64,000 bases of DNA from a virus (Duplodnaviria > Caudoviricetes), in IMG/VR virus record IMGVR_UViG_3300042268_000564; one strand, given 5' to 3'. The translations under genes were made by a program, and so were the position numbers. Shown piece after piece: positions 1 to 9,841 of this stretch (positions are counted from its first letter, which is position 1; each line of letters begins with the position of its first letter). The notes beneath the pieces are model-generated. The model was given only the letters and a program-made list of their open reading frames with translations, had not been told where the DNA came from and ran no database searches.

Positions 1-53
1 TGCCAAAGCAATATTATCGGCATACATCAGATACGCCTGACGAACAGGAAGGG

Positions 54-3000
54 ATGTTGCAGAGAATAATACGTTCGATAGCACCTGCATGGCAAAAGGT
101 AAAAACTTTTGGTAAGGCACTGGTTGGTGGGACGATTTATTATTATGGCAACCGAATTTTCTGGGGTGGTGAAACAAGTCGTTATTTATATAAGCGATAT
201 CGAACCATTTTTCAGAGAATGGGTTTTGTTCGACAGGCTATTTTGGCTTATAAGCACAGGATTGTAGCCGAGCGTCCAAAGATTCTAAGTGTGAATAAGC
301 ATGTAATGACGCTGCTTGAGCATAGGTTCAAGCATATTGGGCTTTGGGAACAGTATGGTTTAATAGCTCAGGATTTGTTGGAATTTGGCGATTCTTTTAC
401 TGAAATTGTCTATTCAAATCCAAATTCTAAACAGGGTTTTAGGGTTATAGGGCTTAAGAGGCTCGAACCTGATTACATGTATATTCAGCGTGACCCTTAT
501 GGACGACCGATTCTTTATATCAGTGTTATTGATGGGATTCCTGTAACTATTGAGCCTTATCGTATGCTCCATATCAAGATGGATTCTCAGCCGGGGGACG
601 CTTTTGGCGTAGGTTTGATAGAAGGTGGTATGGACGACCTTGCCGCTCTTCGTATCTTGGAAGATTTGAACATTCAACTTGTTAAACACAATATTTATCC
701 ACATAGGGTTTATATTTGTCCGAGTGATGAGATTGTGGCACAGGTTGAAAGCAAATTAGCGCAGCAGAATAGGTTCGGCGACCTTGTAGTTCCAGAAGGT
801 GTAAAGGTGCAGCAGATGACCTCTGGCACGGGGATTGACCTGCGTGGTTTTATGCTTTATTACCAACAGAAATTTTTCCTTGATGTTGGCGTTCCGATGG
901 ACATGCTGATTAAAGGAACGGGTGGAAACAGAAGTACCGCAGCCGAGATGAGTTCTGCATTTAATGGAAATGCAAGTGCTATTCAGAGAGGCATTCTTGA
1001 AAAATTGGAATGGCTTGGTGAGTTGATTCTAACCTTAGAAGGTATTCCAGCAGCGGTTAGATTGATAGCACCTGAAATTGATAAAGCTTTGCAATTTGCA
1101 AGACGTAAAGAATACAGGGAAATGTTCTTGGAAGGACTTATGTCGAGAGATTTTGCCCAAGAATTGCTTGAACTTAAGCATCCTCTTAATAATATTACAG
1201 TGCCTGAAAATTTTACTGTGCAACTTAATCAAGAAAAGAATTGGATGGAACAGTTCAAACTTGGCTTGCTCACAAGACCTTATGCAATCAAGTTGCTTGG
1301 TCATGATGTTCCAGAGAATAGACCAGCACAGCCTCAAACACCTAATTTTATGATGGCACCGCCAGCGCAAGGACAGCCACCGAAGCCCGGACAAGGGAAA
1401 TCAGGGGGAGTCCCGTTGGGAAATTTAGATGAGCCAGATTTGTTGGAGCCGTCTGAAGTGGGGGTTGTCGCACCTACTGATAAGAATGAAAAGCAGGATG
1501 GTGAGCAACCACCTGAAGCCCCTGAAAATGCTCAAGCGGCGGCAAGTAGAAATATCAGGGTTGGGTTAAAAAGTATTAATGTAGATAAGTTGGAGGGCAC
1601 CCGTATGAGCAAAGATGGTTATGTTCAGACTGTTTATATACGAAAAGTCAATAATAATGGCGAAATAGAAGAGGCACCTTACGTGCCTGTTGATGTTTCA
1701 GTGGCGAGAAAAAGAGCACATGTTCAGCCTGATGCAAGATGGAAGCAAGAAGCGCAAAAGGATTGTGGAATGAATGGCAATCCTAAAAAAGGTGAACTTG
1801 TTAAGCCTGAGCAGGCTGAGCAAATAGATGGGAATGCGTCTGGAATAAGAACCAATACAGTTGTTAAGCCTGATGGTGGAAAGCCGTTAAGTCAGTTACC
1901 TGAAGGTTCAGGATTAAAGCCAAGACAGCATCGTAACAAGGCATTGCCACCCGGACATGAAAGAGGGAATAGACCTCTCGGCAACGCCGATGCGCCATTG
2001 AAGAAACATGAAGAGCCATATGGGCAGCCGAAGAATGACGACTTGCGTGCAAGAGCAGCAGAATTAAAGGAAGAGCTTGAAAGAATTTCTAAGGCTCTTG
2101 GCGAGACACGGGGGGACAGTATGGGTAAATCATTAAAAGATGATGACATGAATGAAAATGTTGACGAAATGAATGAAGAATTGCCACCTCAGCCTGAGCA
2201 AGACCAAGTTGAAGGTGAGGAAGCCGAGGGTGAGGACGAAGGTGAAGTTGAGCAGTTACCACCTGATGTTGGCGCAGAGTCACCACCACAAGGTAATGAG
2301 CAGCCGATGCCACAGCAAGGGATGCCGGGTGGACAACCTCAGATGCCAGTAGTGCCGGGATATTTCAATCCTAATCCTAATGGAAAATACCATCCAAAAT
2401 TTGCCGATGTATTTGGCGACAATGATTATTCAATTAAGAAGCCACAAAGGCATGTTGAGCGCATTAAAGAAGAATTGATTGACGCTTATGGACAGAAGCA
2501 TCGCAGAGTGCATGAGCGCACTAGAGAACATCACAGACCTGCAAGTGCCGAAAGTGATTTTATTAAACGCAAGAAAACATCGGCTCAGAGACGTTGGATG
2601 AAGAAAAGTCCAAATCAACTCAAGCAAAGCAAGTCTCAGGAAGAATATTATCTTGCTTATATTGATGTGTGTTTGCAGGATGAGAGTGATGTTTGGATAA
2701 ATAGAATTGTGAATAGTGCAAAATCTGCAATGGATTCATCACAGAATAGGCTTGTTGAAGGCTTGCGTCAGATTGCCAAAGAAGAGTCCAACAAGATTGG
2801 AATGAGAGTGGAAAGTTATCTGGCAGCAGAATTGTTGGTTGCTGATACCAAGTTGCGAGATGTAGTCAAAGAAGGGTTGAAGAACATTCACGTAGCGGGT
2901 TTGAATTTTGCAAAAGATGTATTCGCCGCACATTTTATTGAGAATAATGATGATATTCGCCGCATAGATGCAAATCTTAAGCTTTTGCAAGAAAGATTTT

Positions 3001-3347
3001 TGACTAGAGTTGCAGCGAAAATTGCTGAAAAGGTTGATAGTTCAGAAACCGTTGACACGTTGGTTAGCGAAGTATATACAGTGTTTTCAAATGCGAGAAT
3101 AGCAATTGAAACGTTAGTATCGTCGTCGGGACATGAATTGTTCAGGTCTGCGTTTGACAATATTATGCGTAATGCTGTTGTTGCGGAAGACATTACTGCA
3201 ATTGAATTTCTTGTGCCAAAAGGGATTAAAGCCTGCAAGAATTGTGAAGCTAATAGCAGTAAAGTTATGGCATTGAATTGGTTTAAATTTGAACCATGCC
3301 ACGAGTGCGCTACTGTATACCGAATCCATTTCGCTGATGAAGAATAA
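54..3347 (+). CDS. Portal protein with long low-complexity linker and C-terminal MuF/SPP1 gp7-like (head morphogenesis) domain
   Basis: N-terminal ~410 aa has portal-like segments (DLLEFGDSFTEIV, GLKRLEPDYMYIQRDPYG, MLHIK...DAFGVGLIE, GVPMDML...NRSTA). A P/Q/E-rich linker follows, then a C-terminal domain ending CKNC...CHEC. It is the first gene of the head cluster. Confidence 0.8.
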   Translation: MLQRIIRSIAPAWQKVKTFGKALVGGTIYYYGNRIFWGGETSRYLYKRYRTIFQRMGFVRQAILAYKHRIVAERPKILSVNKHVMTLLEHRFKHIGLWEQYGLIAQDLLEFGDSFTEIVYSNPNSKQGFRVIGLKRLEPDYMYIQRDPYGRPILYISVIDGIPVTIEPYRMLHIKMDSQPGDAFGVGLIEGGMDDLAALRILEDLNIQLVKHNIYPHRVYICPSDEIVAQVESKLAQQNRFGDLVVPEGVKVQQMTSGTGIDLRGFMLYYQQKFFLDVGVPMDMLIKGTGGNRSTAAEMSSAFNGNASAIQRGILEKLEWLGELILTLEGIPAAVRLIAPEIDKALQFARRKEYREMFLEGLMSRDFAQELLELKHPLNNITVPENFTVQLNQEKNWMEQFKLGLLTRPYAIKLLGHDVPENRPAQPQTPNFMMAPPAQGQPPKPGQGKSGGVPLGNLDEPDLLEPSEVGVVAPTDKNEKQDGEQPPEAPENAQAAASRNIRVGLKSINVDKLEGTRMSKDGYVQTVYIRKVNNNGEIEEAPYVPVDVSVARKRAHVQPDARWKQEAQKDCGMNGNPKKGELVKPEQAEQIDGNASGIRTNTVVKPDGGKPLSQLPEGSGLKPRQHRNKALPPGHERGNRPLGNADAPLKKHEEPYGQPKNDDLRARAAELKEELERISKALGETRGDSMGKSLKDDDMNENVDEMNEELPPQPEQDQVEGEEAEGEDEGEVEQLPPDVGAESPPQGNEQPMPQQGMPGGQPQMPVVPGYFNPNPNGKYHPKFADVFGDNDYSIKKPQRHVERIKEELIDAYGQKHRRVHERTREHHRPASAESDFIKRKKTSAQRRWMKKSPNQLKQSKSQEEYYLAYIDVCLQDESDVWINRIVNSAKSAMDSSQNRLVEGLRQIAKEESNKIGMRVESYLAAELLVADTKLRDVVKEGLKNIHVAGLNFAKDVFAAHFIENNDDIRRIDANLKLLQERFLTRVAAKIAEKVDSSETVDTLVSEVYTVFSNARIAIETLVSSSGHELFRSAFDNIMRNAVVAEDITAIEFLVPKGIKACKNCEANSSKVMALNWFKFEPCHECATVYRIHFADEE

Positions 3348-3374
3348 AATATTTTTTAAGGCTGGATAACAATT

Positions 3375-3407
3375 CTGCCTCCCCTTAGACGGGAGGCAGC
3401 TTGTTTT
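3375..3407 (+). terminator. Probable intrinsic terminator after portal
   Basis: Stem ctgcctccc / gggaggcag with a 7-nt loop, followed by cttgtttt. Confidence 0.65.
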
Positions 3408-3431
3408 AAAACGGATAGGGAGACGAAAAGT

Positions 3432-6400
3432 ATGGACATTTTAAAGCTGCACGACAGCGTTTATGGGAGTGAGAGCGACATTCGTGATGCAGTCGGCGAA
3501 TTGGAAAAATTTGTAGCATCGGCAGGAATGTTCAATGAAACATCATTGATTCCAGCCACTAAACCTATTACACCTCAATTGGCTGATTCAAATAAAGAAG
3601 AGGTTGGCGCAATGCCATCTTCGTCTACTACAAGTGATGGCAAGGTTGAACCTGAAGGAACGCCTATGCCTGTTGCGGTTATGGAAAAAATTCAGACTGA
3701 AAAGCAAGCCCGTTTTTTGAATTTGTTTTTTCATGTTCTGTGGAATTCTTCTGCGGATAGCGAAGAGCCAGCCAAGAAGGCAAAATTGCAGGATGCTCAC
3801 ACTGCGTTGGCTGAAAAGATGGCAGAAAAGGGCTGGCAACATCCTTATCTTGATACATTAGATGATACATTGCCACCTCACTTGTCTACAACAGTTGGCA
3901 TAATTAGTCCTGCTGAAAGCCCTCAGATTTCTGATGGTCGAGTTCCAATTACGGTAGGCATTGCTGATACAGATGGCAAGTTGGAAGGCAAGAAAGATGA
4001 TTTGAAGGCAGAGAAAAAGAACGATAGGTTTGTTGCTACTTTGCCAGAATTGCAGCTTGGGTTGGGTTATAGCAAGTTAACAAGAGATGAAGCCTTGAAG
4101 TTAGTAGGTGACTCGTTAGAGCCAGAAACAGAATTACCGCAAGACGCTCTCTATCTTCTTATTGATGTTGTAGAAGAAGGTATTTTTAATAATGTTGAAG
4201 TGACTAAGGCTGAAATGGAAGCTGCCGCACCTGATTATGCAGGTAGGATGTTCATTGAAGGGCATGATTGGAATGACCCGCAAAAAGCTATTGGTCAAGT
4301 ATTAAAAGCCTCGGTTTATTTTAATAAAATTCGTAACAAATGGACGATGAGGGCTTTAACGGTCGTATTGCGTAAACATGCGATTGAATCCTTTACTCTT
4401 GGGCTTTATAAATTCGTGTCTATTGGTGCCTCTATGCGTGCCACTTGTAATATTTGTGGGCTTTCATTGCAAGAAGGTTGCCCTCATAAACGAGGTGTTT
4501 TTTATGACACGCCAAGAGGGAAAATCAAATGTCATTTTATTGGCAGAGAAATGGTCATGGAAGAGCTTTCTGCCGTTAATGTCCCGGCTTGTAGACCTGC
4601 TGGTGTGGTGGGAAGAGTTTCTATTGATAGAGCTAGAGAAATGCTTGCAGCATCTATGGAAGGTGGCGAAGCAATAGGTTCATTAGATTTTGTTTGTTCT
4701 TTGCAGGAAATTATTTATAGAGAAGACAAGGGGGAAGTGCCAATGTCAAAATGGCAAGAAAAATTTAGGACTGGCGACATTAAGGGTTATATGACTCTAT
4801 TAGCCAGTGCTGAAGAATCAACCACTCTTGGACATGTTTTCCAAGAAATGCGTGCAAAAAGAAAAGTGGATTATTCAAATGACGAAACTCTTTCTTTTGC
4901 GCACGAACTTTTGCATCGTTGGTTTAATACGCCTGCAAGATGTGAAAATTGGACTGAAGAAGAAATTGTGGCAGAGCATGACAACATTGTTGCGAAAATG
5001 TCTGAAATGGGACAGGAACATGTTGGGATTTCTTTCATGGACGCTGCATTACATGAGCAGAGTAAATTTGCAAAATGTAATAAATGTGGACAAGAACCAT
5101 GCAGTGGCACAGATATGTGCAACTCTGAAACCGTAAAAGATGCAATTGTATCTGAAGAGCTTGAAATTGCCGACTGTGGTAAAGGCGATGGTAAAGGCAA
5201 TAAAAAAGTTGCACCTGTTGTGCAAAATATTAATCAGGAACAATGTTCAAAACCTGAAAAGGTAAAAGCGAACTTGGACAGTAAATTATTAAATACAGAT
5301 GGGGCAGCAGAACCGGAAAATGCCTCCGAACAAACTAAGGTGGTGGCCGGTGGGGAAATTGAAAAAGAAGATGAACAATTGCCTGAACAAGGTAAGGGGG
5401 AAGCAGTAGCAGAATCTTCTGGCACCGTAGCGGTATCTATGAATGATGCTTGTGAGCGTCGAGCTGGTTATATAGACGGCGTGGCAAAAGCTCAGGCAGG
5501 TGGTAAAGCTGGTGGCAAAGAGATGAATCAGGGGGCTGGCATTGTAAAAGGTGACGATTATGAAGCTGGCTATCAAGAGGGCTATAAACGTCCAACCAAG
5601 GGGAAAAATCACCTTAAAGAACAGATTTCTAAAGGAGGCATTCAAATGGTGAATACTGGTAGCGAATCTCCAGTAGTAGCAGTAAACAATGAAGCAGAAA
5701 ATGCCAATGTTGAACTTGCTGCACTGAAAGATGTAGGAACAAACGAAATTCAGGGTGAACTTAAAGCAGAAATGCAGAAAGTTGATGTCGACAATCAGGT
5801 TGACAAGGACAAATTGGGAGACGTTAACGTGCAGTCATCCAGCGAACAGAGAGATGCTAGTTTTAAAACTGGCGTGAAGGAAGAAAAAGTTTCCAAAAAT
5901 GGTGCCGATTATGGTTACATTAAGTGCCCAGAATGCGGCTTAGACAACATTGCAGTAGATGCAAAAAAATGTCCTAACTGTGGCAAAAATGTTGAAATGA
6001 AAGAAGATAAGCGCATGGGTGATTTCCCTGTGCAGAAAACTCATTCAGCTTATGACACGCCACCAATGGAAGCGAAAAGTCAGAAACCATCTGAAGCACC
6101 GAAAATGAAGCTTACCGCTGAAGTAGCTCTCACTGACGAGCTTAAAATGGTTAAGCAGCATCTCAAACATCTTGATGAAAGAGCTGAAAATGAGAGGGCA
6201 GCTTGGGCAGCAGAACGCCAAGATTTTATGAGCGAAAGAGAAAGCCTTGTCGCTGCTAATCAGCAGATGTCTGAAGAGCTTGAATCTCTTAAACTCGACC
6301 TTCAGACCAAAGATACTATGTATCGTACCGTATCTGAAGAAAATTCAGTTCTTACTGCAAAACTTGAGAAGTATGCACAGAATGAAAAGAATGAAGTGAT

Positions 6401-6767
6401 TGAACAGATTGTTCAGACTAAGATTGAACTTGGTTTGATTTCTGATGAAGACGTAGATGCACAGCGTCAGAGATATACCGAACAGAGTATTGACACTTTG
6501 AAGGTAATTTTGACTGAAGTTGCGGGGAACACAAAGGCAATAGCTCTTGCTAAGAGCCAAACATTTGGGGTGCCAAGTGAAACTACTGAGTCTTTGACTG
6601 GCAACAGCGAAAAAGACCGTGTGGTTGAAACAGGGGATGATGCCGTTAAGCTTGAAAAAGAAGCTAATGAGCACATTGCAAAAGAAGACAAAGTTGAAAA
6701 GCCAGCAGGAGTAAAGACTCGTGGCAATTCTATCATGGGCACAATTTTGCGCTCATTGGGGCAGTAA
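3432..6767 (+). CDS. Prohead protease fused to scaffold
   Basis: Protease-like motifs FIEGHDW...AIGQV, FVSIG, CNICG..CPH, EELSAVNVPAC. C-terminal acidic coiled-coil region. Lies between portal and capsid genes. Confidence 0.8.
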   Translation: MDILKLHDSVYGSESDIRDAVGELEKFVASAGMFNETSLIPATKPITPQLADSNKEEVGAMPSSSTTSDGKVEPEGTPMPVAVMEKIQTEKQARFLNLFFHVLWNSSADSEEPAKKAKLQDAHTALAEKMAEKGWQHPYLDTLDDTLPPHLSTTVGIISPAESPQISDGRVPITVGIADTDGKLEGKKDDLKAEKKNDRFVATLPELQLGLGYSKLTRDEALKLVGDSLEPETELPQDALYLLIDVVEEGIFNNVEVTKAEMEAAAPDYAGRMFIEGHDWNDPQKAIGQVLKASVYFNKIRNKWTMRALTVVLRKHAIESFTLGLYKFVSIGASMRATCNICGLSLQEGCPHKRGVFYDTPRGKIKCHFIGREMVMEELSAVNVPACRPAGVVGRVSIDRAREMLAASMEGGEAIGSLDFVCSLQEIIYREDKGEVPMSKWQEKFRTGDIKGYMTLLASAEESTTLGHVFQEMRAKRKVDYSNDETLSFAHELLHRWFNTPARCENWTEEEIVAEHDNIVAKMSEMGQEHVGISFMDAALHEQSKFAKCNKCGQEPCSGTDMCNSETVKDAIVSEELEIADCGKGDGKGNKKVAPVVQNINQEQCSKPEKVKANLDSKLLNTDGAAEPENASEQTKVVAGGEIEKEDEQLPEQGKGEAVAESSGTVAVSMNDACERRAGYIDGVAKAQAGGKAGGKEMNQGAGIVKGDDYEAGYQEGYKRPTKGKNHLKEQISKGGIQMVNTGSESPVVAVNNEAENANVELAALKDVGTNEIQGELKAEMQKVDVDNQVDKDKLGDVNVQSSSEQRDASFKTGVKEEKVSKNGADYGYIKCPECGLDNIAVDAKKCPNCGKNVEMKEDKRMGDFPVQKTHSAYDTPPMEAKSQKPSEAPKMKLTAEVALTDELKMVKQHLKHLDERAENERAAWAAERQDFMSERESLVAANQQMSEELESLKLDLQTKDTMYRTVSEENSVLTAKLEKYAQNEKNEVIEQIVQTKIELGLISDEDVDAQRQRYTEQSIDTLKVILTEVAGNTKAIALAKSQTFGVPSETTESLTGNSEKDRVVETGDDAVKLEKEANEHIAKEDKVEKPAGVKTRGNSIMGTILRSLGQ
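5646..6767 (+). CDS. Probable nested scaffold protein (internal in-frame start)
   Basis: Strong SD aaggagg at 5632-5638 upstream of an in-frame ATG at 5646 (MVNTGSE...). The product contains a CxxC..CxxC ribbon and a coiled coil. Confidence 0.55.
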   Translation: MVNTGSESPVVAVNNEAENANVELAALKDVGTNEIQGELKAEMQKVDVDNQVDKDKLGDVNVQSSSEQRDASFKTGVKEEKVSKNGADYGYIKCPECGLDNIAVDAKKCPNCGKNVEMKEDKRMGDFPVQKTHSAYDTPPMEAKSQKPSEAPKMKLTAEVALTDELKMVKQHLKHLDERAENERAAWAAERQDFMSERESLVAANQQMSEELESLKLDLQTKDTMYRTVSEENSVLTAKLEKYAQNEKNEVIEQIVQTKIELGLISDEDVDAQRQRYTEQSIDTLKVILTEVAGNTKAIALAKSQTFGVPSETTESLTGNSEKDRVVETGDDAVKLEKEANEHIAKEDKVEKPAGVKTRGNSIMGTILRSLGQ

Positions 6768-6820
6768 TCCGCAAGGATTTAAAACATTAACTTAGTTAAA
6801 ATTTCAAAGGAGTTATTAAT

Positions 6821-7306
6821 ATGAGCGGAGCAAGAGTAGCTTTAAAATCAATCCCTGAAAAGGGTGTTACAGTTGATGGCGTTGTAGCGGTTCTTCCATC
6901 AGACAAAACCGTTATTACAAGAGAAAAAGTTGCAGCAGGCAAAACTGTTCTTAAAGGACAGGCTGTTGTTTTCACACCCGGCGTTCAGATGACTGTTGAA
7001 GTATCTGTTGCAAATGAAACCAGAGTATTCGCTGGCATCGCCCATTCAAGCGGCACTATGGATACAGCTATGTATGATGGCACAATCGAAATGATTTCCG
7101 TTGTTCGTGGCCCAATCGGTAGAGCACTTCAGGGTGAAGACCTTTCAGCGGCAACTTTTGCCAAAGCAGGAGCCGATGGTAAATTCTACGTGGCAGCAGA
7201 CTTCGCAACTAGCCACGCAAGAATTCGCAAAATGGCTTATGCCGAAAATTTCAATGGCGATGCTATTGTTGGTGCTGATTTTGAATTCAACACTATCGGC
7301 AAGTAA
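6821..7306 (+). CDS. Capsid decoration/cement protein
   Basis: 161-aa Ala/Gly/Val-rich beta protein (KGQAVV, FAGIA, AGADGKF) directly upstream of the capsid gene; RBS aaggag. Confidence 0.65.
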   Translation: MSGARVALKSIPEKGVTVDGVVAVLPSDKTVITREKVAAGKTVLKGQAVVFTPGVQMTVEVSVANETRVFAGIAHSSGTMDTAMYDGTIEMISVVRGPIGRALQGEDLSAATFAKAGADGKFYVAADFATSHARIRKMAYAENFNGDAIVGADFEFNTIGK

Positions 7307-7337
7307 GAGATTCGTAATTTAAAGAAGGAGAATTAAG

Positions 7338-8384
7338 ATGAAGGTAGCATCATTAAACGAAACAAGTAATGAAATTTTCGACGGGAAAGTAAATGCAGCA
7401 ACTTTCCAGAAACTGCTCGAAAATCACGAAGCAGCTATGGCGGCACAGCGTGCAGACGTTGAGCCTATCCTTAGATTGATGGAAAATGACGGTCATTTCA
7501 TCCCCGGCGTTGGCGAACGTATCAAAATCACTCAGCTTCTCTCTTCTGATGACGCTCCAGAGCTGCTTCCAGTAGCTTTCGACGAAAGAATCAGAAGTGC
7601 GCAGCAGAACCTCCAGAACCTCAGACAGTATACTCGCTGGGCATCAGTTGATGGTAAAACAACTTATTTCCCGACTATTACTGCTATGAGACGTTCTTAC
7701 ATCGCTGGCAAAAATAGCTCGCCTGAAAATCATGGTATCATCATGGATACTGTTGATATCACCTGTGAAGATTACGAACAGGCAGCAGCTATTGACAAGA
7801 ACACCATCAAAGACAGCCGCTGGAACGCTCTTGGACTTATCCTTGACGCTGTAGGATATTCTATGAAAATCGGTGAAAACATCGACATCATGGCTTCTTA
7901 CACTGAAGGTGCAAAATTCCAGACAGCAGCAGCAGGCAACCAGTTCAATATCGGTCAGATTTCTGATGTTATTGCGCAGATTGAAGAAACTCAACAGTTC
8001 ATTCCTTCTGTAATGTTCGTTGGCACCGAAATTGGTTCCAAAATCAGAAAAATGCCTGAATTCCAGAACGCAGCTTTCTTCGGCGGAAGAGACATTTGGG
8101 TATCTGGTAAGCTGACAAACCTTTTCGGCTTGCAGATTATCGTTACTCCTTTCCTCGACAGAGACAGAGAAGGTAACAAACGTGCAGACCGCAAAGTTGT
8201 GGTTCTTGACGGTAATTTCCCTTCAATCTTCGCATCTCTCGAAGAAACAACTGTAGGTTCAGAAGACAGCTTCCTCAACAACCTGACTAACACGATTGCT
8301 CGTGAACGCAGACAGATTAAAGTTGTTGACAGCAAGGCTTGTGCCGTTATTAACGGTATCGACCCCGCAACACTGCTTGGCTAA
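7338..8384 (+). CDS. Major capsid protein (HK97 fold)
   Basis: 348 aa with IKDSRWNALG and GKLTNLFGLQIIVTP motifs typical of HK97-fold capsids. Strong RBS, visibly biased codon use (ttc/atc/aac), followed by a terminator. Confidence 0.85.
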   Translation: MKVASLNETSNEIFDGKVNAATFQKLLENHEAAMAAQRADVEPILRLMENDGHFIPGVGERIKITQLLSSDDAPELLPVAFDERIRSAQQNLQNLRQYTRWASVDGKTTYFPTITAMRRSYIAGKNSSPENHGIIMDTVDITCEDYEQAAAIDKNTIKDSRWNALGLILDAVGYSMKIGENIDIMASYTEGAKFQTAAAGNQFNIGQISDVIAQIEETQQFIPSVMFVGTEIGSKIRKMPEFQNAAFFGGRDIWVSGKLTNLFGLQIIVTPFLDRDREGNKRADRKVVVLDGNFPSIFASLEETTVGSEDSFLNNLTNTIARERRQIKVVDSKACAVINGIDPATLLG

Positions 8385-8397
8385 TCTATAGCTAATT

Positions 8398-8428
8398 AAA
8401 AGCCAGAGGTTTTTGCCTCTGGCTTTTT
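8398..8428 (+). terminator. Intrinsic terminator after major capsid gene
   Basis: aaaagccagagg-tttttg-cctctggcttttt; the A and T flanks suggest it may act in both directions. Confidence 0.85.
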
Positions 8429-8444
8429 CTCTATAGGAGACATT

Positions 8445-8834
8445 GTGAGCAAGAAAAAACGATTGCATAAATTAACTAAATATTTACAAAGAGGATGCAG
8501 ATACCGAGGCGCATTTTATGACTTTCTTGGGCGAATGAAGGTAAATGGGGACTGTGAAATTGTAGCTATTTATAAGGATACAAAAATGAGCTGGGACGAG
8601 ATTACGCCAGAGCAGATAAAGGAATATTTAGCCATAGAAACATTGCAGGCTCGTCGGGATTATTTGTTTGAAATAGATTTATTCAAGTTGAAATCACAGT
8701 CTGTGGCGACACAGGTGAGAATAATAGATGAGAACCTTGACGCAGTATTTCTTGCTTTAAACGATTGCTTGGCAGTGGCGGGGATTTACGTGCCGACTGA
8801 GGCAGAGAAAAGAGAGCGCATGTTCAGGCAATAA
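8445..8834 (+). CDS. Hypothetical protein
   Basis: GTG start with ggaga RBS; fills the gap in the operon; no motif recognised. Confidence 0.6.
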   Translation: MSKKKRLHKLTKYLQRGCRYRGAFYDFLGRMKVNGDCEIVAIYKDTKMSWDEITPEQIKEYLAIETLQARRDYLFEIDLFKLKSQSVATQVRIIDENLDAVFLALNDCLAVAGIYVPTEAEKRERMFRQ

Positions 8835-8861
8835 TAAAGTATTGAATAGAGGTGAGATTCT

Positions 8862-9833
8862 ATGCCAACAAATGATGTTGTAGTTTTAACAAGTTTAGCA
8901 CAAGTGATGCAGGTATTCCCTGAGCCTGCATTGGAAACATTTGAAATTGAGGACTCTAAGATACAGGGTTATATATTGCATGAAAGCGATATTGTTAGAG
9001 GGCTTGTAAATTACAATTATTTGGTTGCTCAACAAAATGATATAGAGATGAGCTTTCAGTCTTATGGCGTGGATGCTACAGGGTTTATTGATTTTGTTTG
9101 GAACCCTGATGCAGTAGGACATCCAGATTTAGTTATTCAGATGTATGAAGGGCCTGATTACTGGTTTGATTGGAATACTAGAACAATGTTGTTAACGCCA
9201 GCTTTCATGATGAAGGTTGTAACATTGTGGAACACTCTTACCGTGCCAGCAACACCTGCTTTAAAAATAACGGATATTAGCGTTCCTGTTGAATTTACCG
9301 TTATTGGTGGCACTTTGGATGGGCAAAGAAAGCGCAGTTACTTTTACGATACTGGTAGATTCAATGATGTTACTCAACAATTATTTTTGAATGATAGTGC
9401 AGTTGACCCATTTATTCAGCGATTAACAGCATTGTTGGTCGTATTGGATATTATTAAATATTGGATAAAGCCTCTTTATCAGATTGATGAAGATACAAAT
9501 ATCGTTGGTGTAGTTTTTAAAGACAAAGATAGCTTGCCCGGTTGGGACCACATGCAGAAACGCTTGGAAAATGCGATAGCAGACATGATGGATGCTATTA
9601 AGAAGTGGGGCATTAAAAACGGAAGGGTTGGGAATGGATTAGGTAGCAATCCTGAAGACCCAAGTTTATTGCGTTCATTGTATGTGGCAACTGCGGTGCG
9701 TGGCTCTGCCACAACATCACCTACAGAATACAGCCCATTTATGGGATGGGATGACCCATTTTTGTTTGAAAGACCTGATAGCGGTTCTGCTGTTGGTGAT
9801 TCAATATTTGGTTACACACAACGTCCTTGGTGA
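8862..9833 (+). CDS. Putative head-tail adaptor/neck protein
   Basis: Position after capsid gene; helical N-terminus (IEDSKIQGYILHESDIVRG) and IQRLTALLVVLDII segment resembling adaptor proteins. Confidence 0.5.
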   Translation: MPTNDVVVLTSLAQVMQVFPEPALETFEIEDSKIQGYILHESDIVRGLVNYNYLVAQQNDIEMSFQSYGVDATGFIDFVWNPDAVGHPDLVIQMYEGPDYWFDWNTRTMLLTPAFMMKVVTLWNTLTVPATPALKITDISVPVEFTVIGGTLDGQRKRSYFYDTGRFNDVTQQLFLNDSAVDPFIQRLTALLVVLDIIKYWIKPLYQIDEDTNIVGVVFKDKDSLPGWDHMQKRLENAIADMMDAIKKWGIKNGRVGNGLGSNPEDPSLLRSLYVATAVRGSATTSPTEYSPFMGWDDPFLFERPDSGSAVGDSIFGYTQRPW

Positions 9834-9841
9834 GGTAGAGA

